IMG/VR virus record: IMGVR_UViG_3300021468_000001
Span: 1-64,000 of that record
Direction: 5' to 3' (one strand)
DNA: 64,000 bases
From: a virus
The notes beneath the pieces are model-generated. The model did no database searches. It was not told where the DNA came from and was given only the letters and a program-made list of their open reading frames with translations. Shown piece after piece: positions 47,650 through 58,464 of this stretch; the stretch's first letter is position 1, and every line of letters starts with the position of its first letter. Made by a program: the position numbers and the translations under genes.

Positions 47650-50598
47650 ATGCCTGAGTCAAGATTGCGCATAGAAACGGGGGGGCTTTCGGGCGTTGTT
47701 GGCTATCTTGGAAGTCTTGCCTCCCAGGTCCGATCTCTTATACTCGCACCCGGAGCAGCGGTTCCAAGAGATGTTACAGTCCGTGCACCAACAACAACGC
47801 TGTTGAAAAGTGAAGTTTCAATGCTTCTGAGACAGTTAACGCCGGGGGGTATTGGTGGAAAACCAGCGCTGAAAGGAGTCCCAACTTTTCCCAGAGAAGA
47901 AACTATTGCGAAAGGTTTTGGGGGCTTGATAGCGCAAGTTCGGCAGCAAACTGGAATGCGACTAGAGGGGTTGACTCAAATCCAGCAGGTCGCATCCAGG
48001 TTTTCCCGTGATTTTTATCGCTTGATTGCGAAACTTCCAAAACTTGATCCCCGCGTTGCTACTAGAAGAGTCGCTAGCTTTATGAAGAGATATGCTGGTA
48101 TAGGAAAAGATCTTAGTCAGCTATTCACTCGCGAAATAAACCGCTTAATCCCTATCCTTAAAAGAGCAACGCCGGAACACAGGGCAATTCTTAAAAGACT
48201 AGTCGGGGCATTGAGGCGTTATCGGGGAAATTGGACAGCAAACGCGCACAAAATCCAGGCTGAAATGGCTGCTTTTTGTAGAGCAATTATTAGTGATGTT
48301 CATCGGATATCGGAACAGGCGAAAATTCGAAAACTCCCCCGGCCAGCCATCCCAGTTGTTAAAAGAATATACGGCGGTTTGGTACCGAACGATATAGCTG
48401 GGGCTGGTGCGGAAGAGGCGGGAGAAAAGGCAGAGTCGAGATGGAGCAAGACAGGGGGGCACCTTCGGCGCGTCGCATCTTTAGTTTCGCAAGTTTCTTC
48501 ATCTTTTACCCGCGCGGGACGGGTTATCGGCGAATCTCTTTTCGCGCCTTTGAAAATTCTCCATAACCTACATATGGAAGTCAGAAGGTGGATGTTCTCC
48601 GCATTGTTGTTCTGGTACTCGATGGACAGATTTTTTAGGCCAGCTGCTGCTGTCATCCGCAAGGTTCAGGCCGCTACTATAATGGCAACCGGGGCGTTCA
48701 AGGATTGGGGAACCCACCTTTCTTATGTTTCGCGTCTTGGTGGCAAGTTTGCGGTTCCTCTCCGCCAGATTTCTGAAGGATATTACACGCTAACGAAGGC
48801 TGGGTTTTCCGCGCAAGAATCTCAAAATATGCTTACGGCTTCACTGTCTTACGCCACGATTCACGGCTCTGAACTTCAGGGCGTAATCGGTCAGTTGATT
48901 ACAGTCATACATGCGTGGAACTTAAAGGGTGAGGATGCAACGAGGATCGTTAACTCGCTTCAAAATGCAGTTGCAAAGTCTAACCTTGGGATCAACGATC
49001 TCAACACTGCATTGGGATATGTTGCGAGTTCGGCTGGGGATCTTGGAATATCGCTGAACGAAACGTTGGCCGCAATGATGGCGCTTCGTGATGCTGGCGT
49101 TCGTGCAGGAAGAATCGGGACCGGTCTCCGCAGGGTTATTCAGGGGCTAGTACAGGCGACGGCAAGAGCTGTTGGTGAGCAGATGAATGCCAAGGATGCA
49201 ATTGGAGTGTTAGAAGCATCTGGTGTTCAGTGGAAACGCCTTGCTAGTGCGATTGAAAATGCAGGGAAAGGTCCATCATTTTTTAGGGTTGCGCTTGAAG
49301 AATTAAACAAGGTCGTTCGGGACGGGATTACGGTTCAAGAGCGATATGCATTCAAAGTACTTTTTGGCTTGAGGGGCGTTCAAGTCGCGACCCTTTTGGC
49401 TAGAAAACGCAAAGAAATCCTCGAAGAGAATATTCGGAAACTAGAAGAGAATGCTAGACTTGAAGAAAAAGCTGCTCAGGTTACTTCCCAATTTGCCGGC
49501 ATCTTCGATGTCCTTAACAATCTCTGGTTAATATTTAGAAGCGGTGTACTTGAGGGGTTGGGTACATTTGGGAACGAATTTACCAAAACCACTACAAGCA
49601 TTGCAGATTCCCTATTACAAACTGGGAAGCGCATTGGGACAATGATTGCAAAAGAGTTTGGGATCGAAAACCTTTTTAAGGGTATTGGGGGTGGATTGCC
49701 AAAGACGATAGAGTGGATCGCCGGGGAAATAATGGGATTCATAAAATATATTGGTCGTGGAATCAAGGAAAGTGCTAGAATCCTAATGGATGCTTTTGGA
49801 ATGGCTATAGGGAAGGGAAAAGGTGTTGGCGAAACAATTGGGGCAGTGGTTTCTGGAATTCTCATCGGCCTTTCAAAGGTATCCGCAATAATCATCAAAA
49901 TCATTAACGAAATTATGAAGGCTATTGGTGGTGGAGAAAGTTTTGAGAAAACAGTGGCGAAAATGGTGCAGGTATTTGCAACATTAAAACTTGGCGTGGC
50001 TGCTGTACTCACGCCCTTTACATCACTGGTAAAACTTGGCTGGCAGTTGACAATGATCTCCGCAATTTTAGGGAAAGGTGGTCTTTTCGGTGGTGCGGCT
50101 GCGGGGAAAGGCGCCGGTCTCTTTGGCGGTGCTGGTTTCCTTGGTGGCGCAAAGTGGATTTTTGGGAAAGCGTTACTGCCGGTTGGCGCGGGGATAGCGG
50201 GCGCAGAAGTAGCCGGAGCTTTTGGCGGAGGGAAATGGTGGCAAATGGGTACGGGAGCGGCCACAGGTGCGGGGGTGGGGTTTGCAACTGGTGGACCAGT
50301 AGGGGCAGTTGTTGGCGCTATTGGCGGAGGGATATATGGATACCTCCGTGGTAGTTCCGAAGAAGCCGCCCAAAGGGAGGCTGAAATTGCGCGAGAAAGA
50401 GCGCTAGACCGACAAGAAAGACTTGAAAGAATTGCTGCTGAAAGAGAACGGAGGTGGGCTGAGTATCGTAGAAAGATTGGGGTTGAAATCACTCATAAAG
50501 GGGGCGGTAAAGAAGAAGAGGAGCGGGTCTATGAAACTATAATATCTGCGCTCAAAAAAGAATATAATGTGATTGCGACTATGAGAGAGGAGGCGTGA
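47650..50598 (+). CDS. Tape measure protein (TP901-like core)
   Basis: L..ALGYVA..A..LGISL.ET.A....L.DAG....GT.LR; Gly/Ala-rich C-terminus. Confidence 0.92.
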   Translation: MPESRLRIETGGLSGVVGYLGSLASQVRSLILAPGAAVPRDVTVRAPTTTLLKSEVSMLLRQLTPGGIGGKPALKGVPTFPREETIAKGFGGLIAQVRQQTGMRLEGLTQIQQVASRFSRDFYRLIAKLPKLDPRVATRRVASFMKRYAGIGKDLSQLFTREINRLIPILKRATPEHRAILKRLVGALRRYRGNWTANAHKIQAEMAAFCRAIISDVHRISEQAKIRKLPRPAIPVVKRIYGGLVPNDIAGAGAEEAGEKAESRWSKTGGHLRRVASLVSQVSSSFTRAGRVIGESLFAPLKILHNLHMEVRRWMFSALLFWYSMDRFFRPAAAVIRKVQAATIMATGAFKDWGTHLSYVSRLGGKFAVPLRQISEGYYTLTKAGFSAQESQNMLTASLSYATIHGSELQGVIGQLITVIHAWNLKGEDATRIVNSLQNAVAKSNLGINDLNTALGYVASSAGDLGISLNETLAAMMALRDAGVRAGRIGTGLRRVIQGLVQATARAVGEQMNAKDAIGVLEASGVQWKRLASAIENAGKGPSFFRVALEELNKVVRDGITVQERYAFKVLFGLRGVQVATLLARKRKEILEENIRKLEENARLEEKAAQVTSQFAGIFDVLNNLWLIFRSGVLEGLGTFGNEFTKTTTSIADSLLQTGKRIGTMIAKEFGIENLFKGIGGGLPKTIEWIAGEIMGFIKYIGRGIKESARILMDAFGMAIGKGKGVGETIGAVVSGILIGLSKVSAIIIKIINEIMKAIGGGESFEKTVAKMVQVFATLKLGVAAVLTPFTSLVKLGWQLTMISAILGKGGLFGGAAAGKGAGLFGGAGFLGGAKWIFGKALLPVGAGIAGAEVAGAFGGGKWWQMGTGAATGAGVGFATGGPVGAVVGAIGGGIYGYLRGSSEEAAQREAEIARERALDRQERLERIAAERERRWAEYRRKIGVEITHKGGGKEEEERVYETIISALKKEYNVIATMREEA

Positions 50599-51986
50599 CT
50601 GTGGCTTTTGTGATGAAGATTTTTAGCAATTCAAGTTCGTATGAATTTCAGGCTCCTCCACGCTTCAAAGTTTCTGAGGAGATGGAAATTGTTGATGACA
50701 AAAAAGTTTGGCGTGAGAACTGGGAGTTTGAAGGGCTCGAACCGTGTTCCGGCAATGATGATGCAAAAACCCGGTGGGAAAACATCCTTGCAATTCTTCA
50801 TCCTGAAACCTTTGATGGCTTCACGATTTATAAAGATATTGGTGGATCTTTGATCTCTTTCATTTCGAGGCGCGATGCTGACTGTCTTGTTCGCCCAAGA
50901 ATCGGGGCCGTAAGCCTGCCGAGCTCTGGCGCTGATGCAGCTTGGGCAACAAATATACGTTACTCGTTTACCGTTTCGGCACTTCCTCGGTATAGTGATC
51001 TTGCAACTGGAGAAGCCAGAAGGAACTGGCGCGTCGAAATCCAGATCGACGAATTGGGATTTATGGCGATTACGGAAAGTGGGGAGGTAGAGTATTCTGA
51101 AGAACCGAATCATGGCCCGTTGCCGCGTATGTCACCGAGTAAGCGCAGATTCGAATCTAAGGGGCTAAGAACAACGTGGAGTGAAGGAAAACGCAAGTGC
51201 TCATATTCTTATTCATGGAAGGAGAGGCGTTTTGTTCTTGATGAGGATATGGATGTAGTCGGATTGCAATTTTCCTGTAACAGGTCGTTTGCGCCTTTTT
51301 TTAAGCGATTTGAGATAAAGATTTCATGTGGTGTTCCGAAGGCAAAAGGTGGTGCGGTCAGATGGTCAAGCGAGTTGGGAAAGTTTAAGCGGAGTGGCGG
51401 TGCTGTTCGTGTGGGAATGATAAGTTCTGAACCTGATGTTACACCAACCGAGTTTTTGGATTCGCTTCCTCCCGAAGCAAAAGATGTTGCGGTAAAAATT
51501 GAGGAAGCGCTAGTTCCATCTTCTGCGTTTGATATTGATAGGCGTGCATCGTGGGATTCTGAATCAAGGAACCTTTCGCTTGATTTGTCGTATTCGGTTT
51601 TGAAATCTGATGCGAAGTGGGTCTCCCTTTCGTTTTCACTTGATTTACAAGAATCCTTGCCATCTGTGTCTGAATTTAAGAGAGCATACGGGCGGTACCC
51701 CATTCTGTTCTTTTCCGGCAACAACGCAAAGCGGATTGCGGTTTCGATTCGAGTTGAAAGCCTATCTCAGATTCCGAATGAGAACCTTTTGTTCCCAAGG
51801 ATAGAGACGGGGCTTTGGTGGTCAAGGCGGCGTGTCCGAAAGGGCGTTGCAAAGATTTTTAATGATGGCACCTATTCTTGGGCCTACTCGGCCGACGGTG
51901 AGTTGGTCGTTCCAGAGTCGTCTAGAAGTGTGAGCCTTTCGGGGATTACATCCAAGATATTTGCCGCACTGGGGGTATCGCCGTGA
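50595..51986 (+). CDS. Putative distal tail/tail-tip protein
   Basis: Position directly after the tape measure. Confidence 0.5.
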   Translation: MTVAFVMKIFSNSSSYEFQAPPRFKVSEEMEIVDDKKVWRENWEFEGLEPCSGNDDAKTRWENILAILHPETFDGFTIYKDIGGSLISFISRRDADCLVRPRIGAVSLPSSGADAAWATNIRYSFTVSALPRYSDLATGEARRNWRVEIQIDELGFMAITESGEVEYSEEPNHGPLPRMSPSKRRFESKGLRTTWSEGKRKCSYSYSWKERRFVLDEDMDVVGLQFSCNRSFAPFFKRFEIKISCGVPKAKGGAVRWSSELGKFKRSGGAVRVGMISSEPDVTPTEFLDSLPPEAKDVAVKIEEALVPSSAFDIDRRASWDSESRNLSLDLSYSVLKSDAKWVSLSFSLDLQESLPSVSEFKRAYGRYPILFFSGNNAKRIAVSIRVESLSQIPNENLLFPRIETGLWWSRRRVRKGVAKIFNDGTYSWAYSADGELVVPESSRSVSLSGITSKIFAALGVSP

Positions 51987-54900
51987 CCAAGGTATTTTCG
52001 GGCGTTGCCAGGCTAGTTGATCTTAATGTTATAAAAGGAGGAAAGTTCGGACCATCTCCAAGGGAGCGTATCCGCAGTGGGAAATTTCATACGCGAGTTA
52101 CTGTTGGCGGTTCTGGAGGACAGAATACCGCTGCTGTACCGCCCCCTCAAAAATTGCTTTCGCAAAAAGAGTTCGAGGTAGTTGAGTTTACGATGACAAG
52201 ACAGTCGGGGGTTTCCCCTTCGAAGGGAAGCACCATTATTCTTGGTCCCCCGGGTATCGCAACTGCCTTAAAAACCCGTCCGTTCATTGAGTTTGACCTG
52301 CTTGAAGAAGATCTTGAATTGAACTCTACTGTGAAAAGAAAAATTAGAAAACTGAAAGTAGTTCGTTACGAAGAAGTCATGCCGCGCTTGTCGAAGAAGG
52401 TCCCAGCTGGGATGCTTGCTTATAAAGTAGAGTTTGAGGACTTTCGATGGATACTCAATTTTGGTGGCGTTTTTGGGGAGTTCAATATAATCCAAGACTT
52501 TGCGTTCGACGGAAAGCCGATATTCAAAAGGCATTCATTAAAGAAGGACGGAACTCCTTGGTTATACGGGGAATTGATTTCGTTAGTTCTCAAAAGCTTG
52601 TTAGTCTCATTTGAAGGCGGGCGAGAGAATGTCGATTGCAAAGTGATTTTCCTTACAAAAGGAAAATCGGAGACAAGGACGAGGGCGGTGGTGGCGGAGC
52701 CCCAATTAGGCTCGCATCTTACTGGAGATGTGATTGACGTTGCTTTTGAAAGTAAGGAAACGGCATTGGGAAACTTTCCTTGGAATAAAAAGTGGTGGGG
52801 CACTTCTAGGAGGGCGGTTCTTAATGAGTTGCTAAGAGAAATAGGTTATGAACTTTCTATAGATGATGCTGGTGATATATTTATAGTTCCGCAGCCCAAA
52901 CAAGTTGATGTTAGAGTTTCAGGAATTGAAGACGAGAAAAGCCCGCGGGTGGGGCTTTTCAAGGGGGCCGTCCCCGAAAAGGTGTTTGTAATTGGTGCGA
53001 AATCCGTAAGAATGGAACTTGTTGAGGCAATGCTTCCACAATCAAAATCGTACCAACAGACAGTTTCAGATTTTATAGAAGAAATTGGGGCTAGCACTTC
53101 ACTTGCAACTGCGAATGACGCAATCGCAAAGTTTATTGCGAGAAAGTTCAACGAGTTAGCCGGGACGGTTGATTATCCTATTTGGCCAGCAATTCCAGAT
53201 CTTTCTGGTCGCTGGCGCATTCTTTGGGATATTTTGGACCAGTGGGATATAGATATAGGCGGGTTTTGTCTTTGGATGGGATCGCAAGAAAGCATCAAAA
53301 CGCTGCAGGACAATATCCCGCATGATCCTCCTAATGCAGCACTGCCAGAAGTTTTGTATCCGGAAGAGGTTGAATTTGTAGAAACGCTTTTGAAACTCGG
53401 GCTTCCGGTTGATTGCAAGCAAACAAAAGCATCTTTACTTCATGCAAATGCTTTTAAGGCTTGGTGGTTAAAAGGGCCAATAAGAGTGGAATATAATTGG
53501 GATGCCGAACAGAAAAAAATCATCTCGGATTTTGCAGGAGATGTTCCGAGCGGTACCACGGAACTTGACTCAGAGCAGTTTCTCCCGCTTCGAGATTTTC
53601 TTTCTCCGATATGGGTTTTTTCTAGCAAGGAGAAAGAAGAGGGCAAAGATGGTCTCATAAATCTTTTTGGCGATTCAAAAGGATCAAGGGCGGGTAAGCA
53701 TGGTTACGGTTCTGCGCGGCAAAAAGTGCGAATGTTGGCCTGGCTTCCTGAGTGGTCAAAACATCTTTCCGGTCAACTTGGATGGTACGAGCCCAGATTT
53801 TGCGAGTCTTGGGCAAAAACGTTTAAGACGGTTGCGTCATTAGGGTATGTTGCTCCATCTTTGTTGAGAAAACAGGGATTCACGCTTGAGCAACCGATGG
53901 TGTTGGATGCACAGAAGGGAGTAATCGCATTTGCGAACCGTACGCGCGGTCTTCGAATTCCGAACCCAGGTCTTTCTGAACACTCGCCGTTCATGCCATT
54001 CATCCAGCCTATGTCGCTATTATTTGCATTTGAGTCGCATGATGAACGGCTTGGCGTCCTCAACTTTTTCATTCATGAGGTCAAGCGGCCTAATAAAGAT
54101 AGGTTTATGTACCCGATAAAGGGATTGGCCAAGTTTGTAAGAATTGAGGAGCTCAGGGAGTATATCAGGCTTGGAGAAAGCGTAAATCGCGAGGAGCTTT
54201 GCAATCTAGTTGATGAGTTTGCGCCCCAAATTTGGGATGCTGCGGTTGAAGGAAGGAGTCAGCGGATCTCGACTAGGGTGGGGACGATTTCTCTTGATGC
54301 GAGTTCGATCTATCCTCAATCGAGCATAACATGGCGGGCAAAGGGCGAAACGTCTACGTCAATCGAGATCTCTTCGCCTCATAAAGCGGGGATGCCGCTT
54401 CTCCCGTTAAAGCGCCGGATTGCTCGTGACTGGGGCGAAAAAAGAAAAGACCACGATCTAACGTTGTTTTCCCACGATGCGGCAAGTGATTTTGCAGATG
54501 GAAGAGATGAGTTTGCAGAAAAGCAGGTTCTGGCACCTGACCGCTCATCGGAGGAGCGCCGACTTCTGAATGCGCAGCACTTCGGGATACTCGGCATGTA
54601 TGATCCGAATGAAGATGAGGATGTTATTGCCGCTGAGGTTGTTCTTGCGCGCCCAGACTGGCACATTCACTCGCTTTCGAAAATTGGCCCGTTGCTCTCC
54701 CGCGAACCAATAGGACAAGATCCAGCCGGGTATGGTTCCAACGAGTTTATGATTTTGTATGGTCATTTTTGGTGGACACCAAATGTTGACAAAGCAGGCT
54801 GCGGCCACTCGCATAAAATTGGCGGGTTTTGGTATCCCTATGTGCGGCTTCCATTGAGAATTCTGACTGGAGGACCGAAGAGTTCCTGGCAACGCGCCGG

Positions 54901-55372
54901 GAGTGATTTGTATCCTGATGTTACTTCTGTTGGTAGAGTCACGGGGCTTGTTTTCCCGCAGGGATCGGACAAAAAGGCCAGGCTTGAACTAAATGTAATG
55001 AACCGTCCCGAGCAAAATGGGGAGCCTGTAAAGTTTGGGTTGCTTTTTGAGTATGTTTTTACGGATACCGCGAGCGACAAAAACGCTGTGTTTCAGTTTG
55101 ATTACGTTTCGCATTCCCAAGGCGACTCCGTAACTGATCCCATTCCATCTACCCTAACGGTTTCCCTTTCGATAGACGGCGATGCAGGAGTGCTCCAAAA
55201 AAGAACCTTGGTGGTATTCCCGGATGGCTTCGACGCCTGGTCTCTTTCGGCAATTGATATTTCAAGACCAAGTCATGCTTCAGATACATATACCGGCGAT
55301 GTAATCGTATTGGGAGTCAAGCCGGTTTATGGATTGGATGAAATGATTTCCATAGGAGGAGCACCATCATGA
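51983..55372 (+). CDS. Large tail-tip/hub protein
   Basis: 1129 aa; LNELLREIGYELSIDDAGDIFI hub-like pattern; position. Confidence 0.55.
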   Translation: MTKVFSGVARLVDLNVIKGGKFGPSPRERIRSGKFHTRVTVGGSGGQNTAAVPPPQKLLSQKEFEVVEFTMTRQSGVSPSKGSTIILGPPGIATALKTRPFIEFDLLEEDLELNSTVKRKIRKLKVVRYEEVMPRLSKKVPAGMLAYKVEFEDFRWILNFGGVFGEFNIIQDFAFDGKPIFKRHSLKKDGTPWLYGELISLVLKSLLVSFEGGRENVDCKVIFLTKGKSETRTRAVVAEPQLGSHLTGDVIDVAFESKETALGNFPWNKKWWGTSRRAVLNELLREIGYELSIDDAGDIFIVPQPKQVDVRVSGIEDEKSPRVGLFKGAVPEKVFVIGAKSVRMELVEAMLPQSKSYQQTVSDFIEEIGASTSLATANDAIAKFIARKFNELAGTVDYPIWPAIPDLSGRWRILWDILDQWDIDIGGFCLWMGSQESIKTLQDNIPHDPPNAALPEVLYPEEVEFVETLLKLGLPVDCKQTKASLLHANAFKAWWLKGPIRVEYNWDAEQKKIISDFAGDVPSGTTELDSEQFLPLRDFLSPIWVFSSKEKEEGKDGLINLFGDSKGSRAGKHGYGSARQKVRMLAWLPEWSKHLSGQLGWYEPRFCESWAKTFKTVASLGYVAPSLLRKQGFTLEQPMVLDAQKGVIAFANRTRGLRIPNPGLSEHSPFMPFIQPMSLLFAFESHDERLGVLNFFIHEVKRPNKDRFMYPIKGLAKFVRIEELREYIRLGESVNREELCNLVDEFAPQIWDAAVEGRSQRISTRVGTISLDASSIYPQSSITWRAKGETSTSIEISSPHKAGMPLLPLKRRIARDWGEKRKDHDLTLFSHDAASDFADGRDEFAEKQVLAPDRSSEERRLLNAQHFGILGMYDPNEDEDVIAAEVVLARPDWHIHSLSKIGPLLSREPIGQDPAGYGSNEFMILYGHFWWTPNVDKAGCGHSHKIGGFWYPYVRLPLRILTGGPKSSWQRAGSDLYPDVTSVGRVTGLVFPQGSDKKARLELNVMNRPEQNGEPVKFGLLFEYVFTDTASDKNAVFQFDYVSHSQGDSVTDPIPSTLTVSLSIDGDAGVLQKRTLVVFPDGFDAWSLSAIDISRPSHASDTYTGDVIVLGVKPVYGLDEMISIGGAPS

Positions 55373-55977
55373 AGGACTACTGGGCAGAAAGAGTAAAGCG
55401 CCAGGGCTTTCTTTACGTTGGGAATAATAAATACCGCAGTATGGACGACTTAAATCGCCAAACGTCTCTAATTCTGCCATTTTTGAGGTCTGCGAAAGAT
55501 AGGGTGGCCGCCGAACTTGATGCACCGTATCGCGTTCTTGACTTCGGATGCGGGTGGGGACGGTTTTGTGAATTTTTCTCCTTCCCATTTGACTGGGTTG
55601 GCATTGATATTTGCGAGGCAGCAGCAAAACTTTCAGGCAACCCAAAAATTTCTATCTACGATGGAGATGATTTGCCGTATAAAGATGGAGTGTTTTCTTT
55701 GGTTCTAGCAATTTTTGTTTTTCAGCATATTGTAGATGACTCAGAGCTGCGCATCTCAATTCTTGAAATAGTAAGAGTCTTGAAAGACAATGGGTTTTTG
55801 TTTGTGGTTGACAATGCGGCCGTGAACCGGAAGTTTGTTAAAAGTAGGCCGGGTCTTGTAAAAATGCTAAAGGCTTACGGTTTCCAATTAGATTTCGAGA
55901 CTCAAATTTTGATTGACGGGGAAAGCCATAACGTGTATCTTTTCTGCTGGCGACCATCACCGATGGTAACGAGTTAA
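55369..55977 (+). CDS. Class I SAM-dependent methyltransferase
   Basis: VLDFGCGWGR, GIDI, LPYKDGVFS, VFQHI, RVLKDNG. Confidence 0.92.
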   Translation: MKDYWAERVKRQGFLYVGNNKYRSMDDLNRQTSLILPFLRSAKDRVAAELDAPYRVLDFGCGWGRFCEFFSFPFDWVGIDICEAAAKLSGNPKISIYDGDDLPYKDGVFSLVLAIFVFQHIVDDSELRISILEIVRVLKDNGFLFVVDNAAVNRKFVKSRPGLVKMLKAYGFQLDFETQILIDGESHNVYLFCWRPSPMVTS

Positions 55978-55987
55978 TGGAGGTAGA

Positions 55988-57139
55988 TTGATGCCGCAAG
56001 TTGCTTGGCCGGTTGAACATCTACCAACAGGACATCATTCGCTAGTTGCCGATCTTCCCATGAACGGAAACTTTCTCAAGGAACCAGGTGGCGTCAAGGA
56101 TTCGGCGGGCAATAAACACACAATCTACGTGGAAGAAGGCGATGACATCAAGTCCATAATCGAAGCCGCGCCCGCAGGCTCAAAGGTGTATATCTTGAGC
56201 GGCACCCATACCTTTACCGATACTATCAACCCGCCCGACGGCGTAGAAATCGAAGGCGAAAACAAACATAAGACCATTCTCAACTTCAAACCTTCGGCAA
56301 ATAACAAGGCCGCTTTTGGCTGGAGTGCTGTTGATTGTCTATTTAAGGCCCATAATTTCACGCTGCAATATGACGATTCGGTTGCGGGAAGCCCGACGTG
56401 GGGATGCTATGGATTCAGCATCAAATATGTCGGCTCAACGAAGTTGTTTGCGGTCCAACTTGAGAACTTGATAATCACCGACTTTCATTCGGGAATAGTG
56501 TGGGCGGGCAACAAGTATAAGTACACCAGCATGTTTTTGCGCAATATCCTTTGTAAAAGTTGCTCGTATGCAGGCTTTTACGGCGGCGGATATCATTCCC
56601 TGTTTACTTCGATAACGGCGCGAAGTTGCGGTATCGGTTTTTACTTCAGCAATCAATTCGCTACAACCGTCAACATGTTTGAAACCGTCGATTGCAGCAC
56701 TGGTATTCTGGTTTATTCGCAGTCAGGCGAAAGCGCTCGGTATCCGGGTAGCCTTTTCACAAACGGCATTATCGTCAGGCCGACAAATGCAGTGTGGTTG
56801 CGGACCACCGGTAGCGGTACTGACCTGCGTCGCCTTCACGCCCCCCGCATAACGAACGTCAGAATCAATAACTGCTCGGGCAAAATGGTCGCCTGTGGCG
56901 GCATCAACAACCTCGGCTACATTGACGGCATCGTCCTTGAAAACATAGAGCATCTCACAGGCGACGAAGCAGGAACGTCTATCGTCACGCCGGATTACGG
57001 GCTTTACATCAACGTTGCGAGCGACATAGACTTCGCCAAGGTATTCGGCTGTGACTTCTCTGCCGCTACGACCCCCGTCTATATCGCCGCCGGTGCGAAC
57101 ACAAACTGGAGCACATGCTGGAAGGAGGTTCTGATATGA
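55988..57139 (+). CDS. Beta-helix (pectin lyase-like) tail spike/receptor-binding protein
   Basis: IKSIIEAA..G.KVYI.SGTH, VEIEGE...TIL, repeated beta-helix rungs. Confidence 0.8.
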   Translation: MMPQVAWPVEHLPTGHHSLVADLPMNGNFLKEPGGVKDSAGNKHTIYVEEGDDIKSIIEAAPAGSKVYILSGTHTFTDTINPPDGVEIEGENKHKTILNFKPSANNKAAFGWSAVDCLFKAHNFTLQYDDSVAGSPTWGCYGFSIKYVGSTKLFAVQLENLIITDFHSGIVWAGNKYKYTSMFLRNILCKSCSYAGFYGGGYHSLFTSITARSCGIGFYFSNQFATTVNMFETVDCSTGILVYSQSGESARYPGSLFTNGIIVRPTNAVWLRTTGSGTDLRRLHAPRITNVRINNCSGKMVACGGINNLGYIDGIVLENIEHLTGDEAGTSIVTPDYGLYINVASDIDFAKVFGCDFSAATTPVYIAAGANTNWSTCWKEVLI

Positions 57140-57298
57140 GAGTGAAGCGTGAGGTGCCGGTCGAGCGGCTTGAAGTATTCCCTGATGGGCGTGCGGTTAT
57201 CTGGCTTGCGGGCGGAGAAGGTGTCGAAGTCCATTTGCCGGAGAAGGTGATGAGCGCGATTGTCAATGCGCTTGCCGCGAAGGTGGAGGTCATAACCG

Positions 57299-58213
57299 AT
57301 GACCGTGAGGCGTAGTGGTTTCACGGTAGATGGCGATATCATTCCCGATGCGGATGACACACGCAATCTCGGCTCGTCAAGCAAGCAGTTCGCGGCAATC
57401 TACGCCGTGGACGGATATTTCGAGACCGCGGAAGGCGAGAAAGTCGAGGTCAACAACGCAGCGGGCACATGGCGCAGCGTCGAGTATCAAACCGGCGGGA
57501 GTATGCGCTGGGTAATCACCGCCGACTCCGCATCCGAATCGGGCGGGAACGCGGGGAGCAATTTTCAAGTCCGGCGGTATGACGACAGCGGCTCGTATAT
57601 TGACAACCCGATTCACATTTACAGAAGCGACGGCGTGGTCCGTATGGTGAACGGCGCGAAGATGGACACGATTGAGGAATACACTTCCGATACGGGCGTG
57701 ACGGTTGACGGGGTGTTGATAAAGGATGGCCAAGTTGATGGGGTGGACATAAGCGCTCATGCCTCTCGCCACCAAAACGGGGGCGCGGATGAACTCGACC
57801 TCACGGGACTTGAAGGCGACAACATCAAGGTTGATACGATTGGCGAAAAGACCCCTGGCGCGGGTGTGAGTTTCGGGAGCGTGGTTGACTTCGGCCACGC
57901 CGTTACGCGAGAGGTGAAGACGCTTTCACTCGGAGATTACACCATCACCGATAGCGACCCGGACTTATTTTTCCTGGACAATCCAGGGGATACAGATAGT
58001 ACTATCACGCTCCCCACAGCAGCGGACAACAAGGGGCGGATTTTACGGTTTGTGGTAAGGTCTCCGCAGGTAGGCGCGAACAATTGGATTCTGGATGGAG
58101 AAGGAACGGAGACCATCAATGGGGACGCGACTTATACCTTATCGGCGGCCACGTATGACCGCGTAACTATAGCCTGTGACGGCAGCAACTGGTTCATTCT
58201 GGCGGAGCAGTGA
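57299..58213 (+). CDS. Tail fibre-like protein
   Basis: IIPDADDTRNLGSSSKQF, HASRHQNGGADEL, TITLPTAA...DGEGTETING...CDGSNWFI. Confidence 0.75.
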   Translation: MTVRRSGFTVDGDIIPDADDTRNLGSSSKQFAAIYAVDGYFETAEGEKVEVNNAAGTWRSVEYQTGGSMRWVITADSASESGGNAGSNFQVRRYDDSGSYIDNPIHIYRSDGVVRMVNGAKMDTIEEYTSDTGVTVDGVLIKDGQVDGVDISAHASRHQNGGADELDLTGLEGDNIKVDTIGEKTPGAGVSFGSVVDFGHAVTREVKTLSLGDYTITDSDPDLFFLDNPGDTDSTITLPTAADNKGRILRFVVRSPQVGANNWILDGEGTETINGDATYTLSAATYDRVTIACDGSNWFILAEQ

Positions 58214-58464
58214 TGGCGAAGAAGTTTATGGCGTGGTGTCCGGTGTGCAAAGGGGCGCGGCGGTTCAACGCATCCGGGCACCACGTCGCTTACTGTGAAG
58301 ATTGCGGCGAATACATCTGGGCGCACACTTTCCGCACGTGTCCGCGATGCAGGTCGCCGAGGCGGTTCTACGTTATGAACAAGGACGGGACGCGGCTGCG
58401 GTGTCGCGTCTGCGGGTTCATCCTGGATGAGGAGGAAAAGGACTATGGCACCGGAAAGGTTTAG
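58210..58464 (+). CDS. Small protein with four CxxC pairs (zinc ribbons)
   Basis: CPVC, CEDC, CPRC, CRVC. Confidence 0.75.
   Translation: MMAKKFMAWCPVCKGARRFNASGHHVAYCEDCGEYIWAHTFRTCPRCRSPRRFYVMNKDGTRLRCRVCGFILDEEEKDYGTGKV

Noticed and set aside
49476-50492. 338-aa minus-strand ORF
   Set aside because: Antisense to the Gly/Ala-rich tape measure region
55988-58213. Diversity-generating retroelement or invertible tail-fibre cassette
   Set aside because: No reverse transcriptase, invertase or template/variable repeat pair seen
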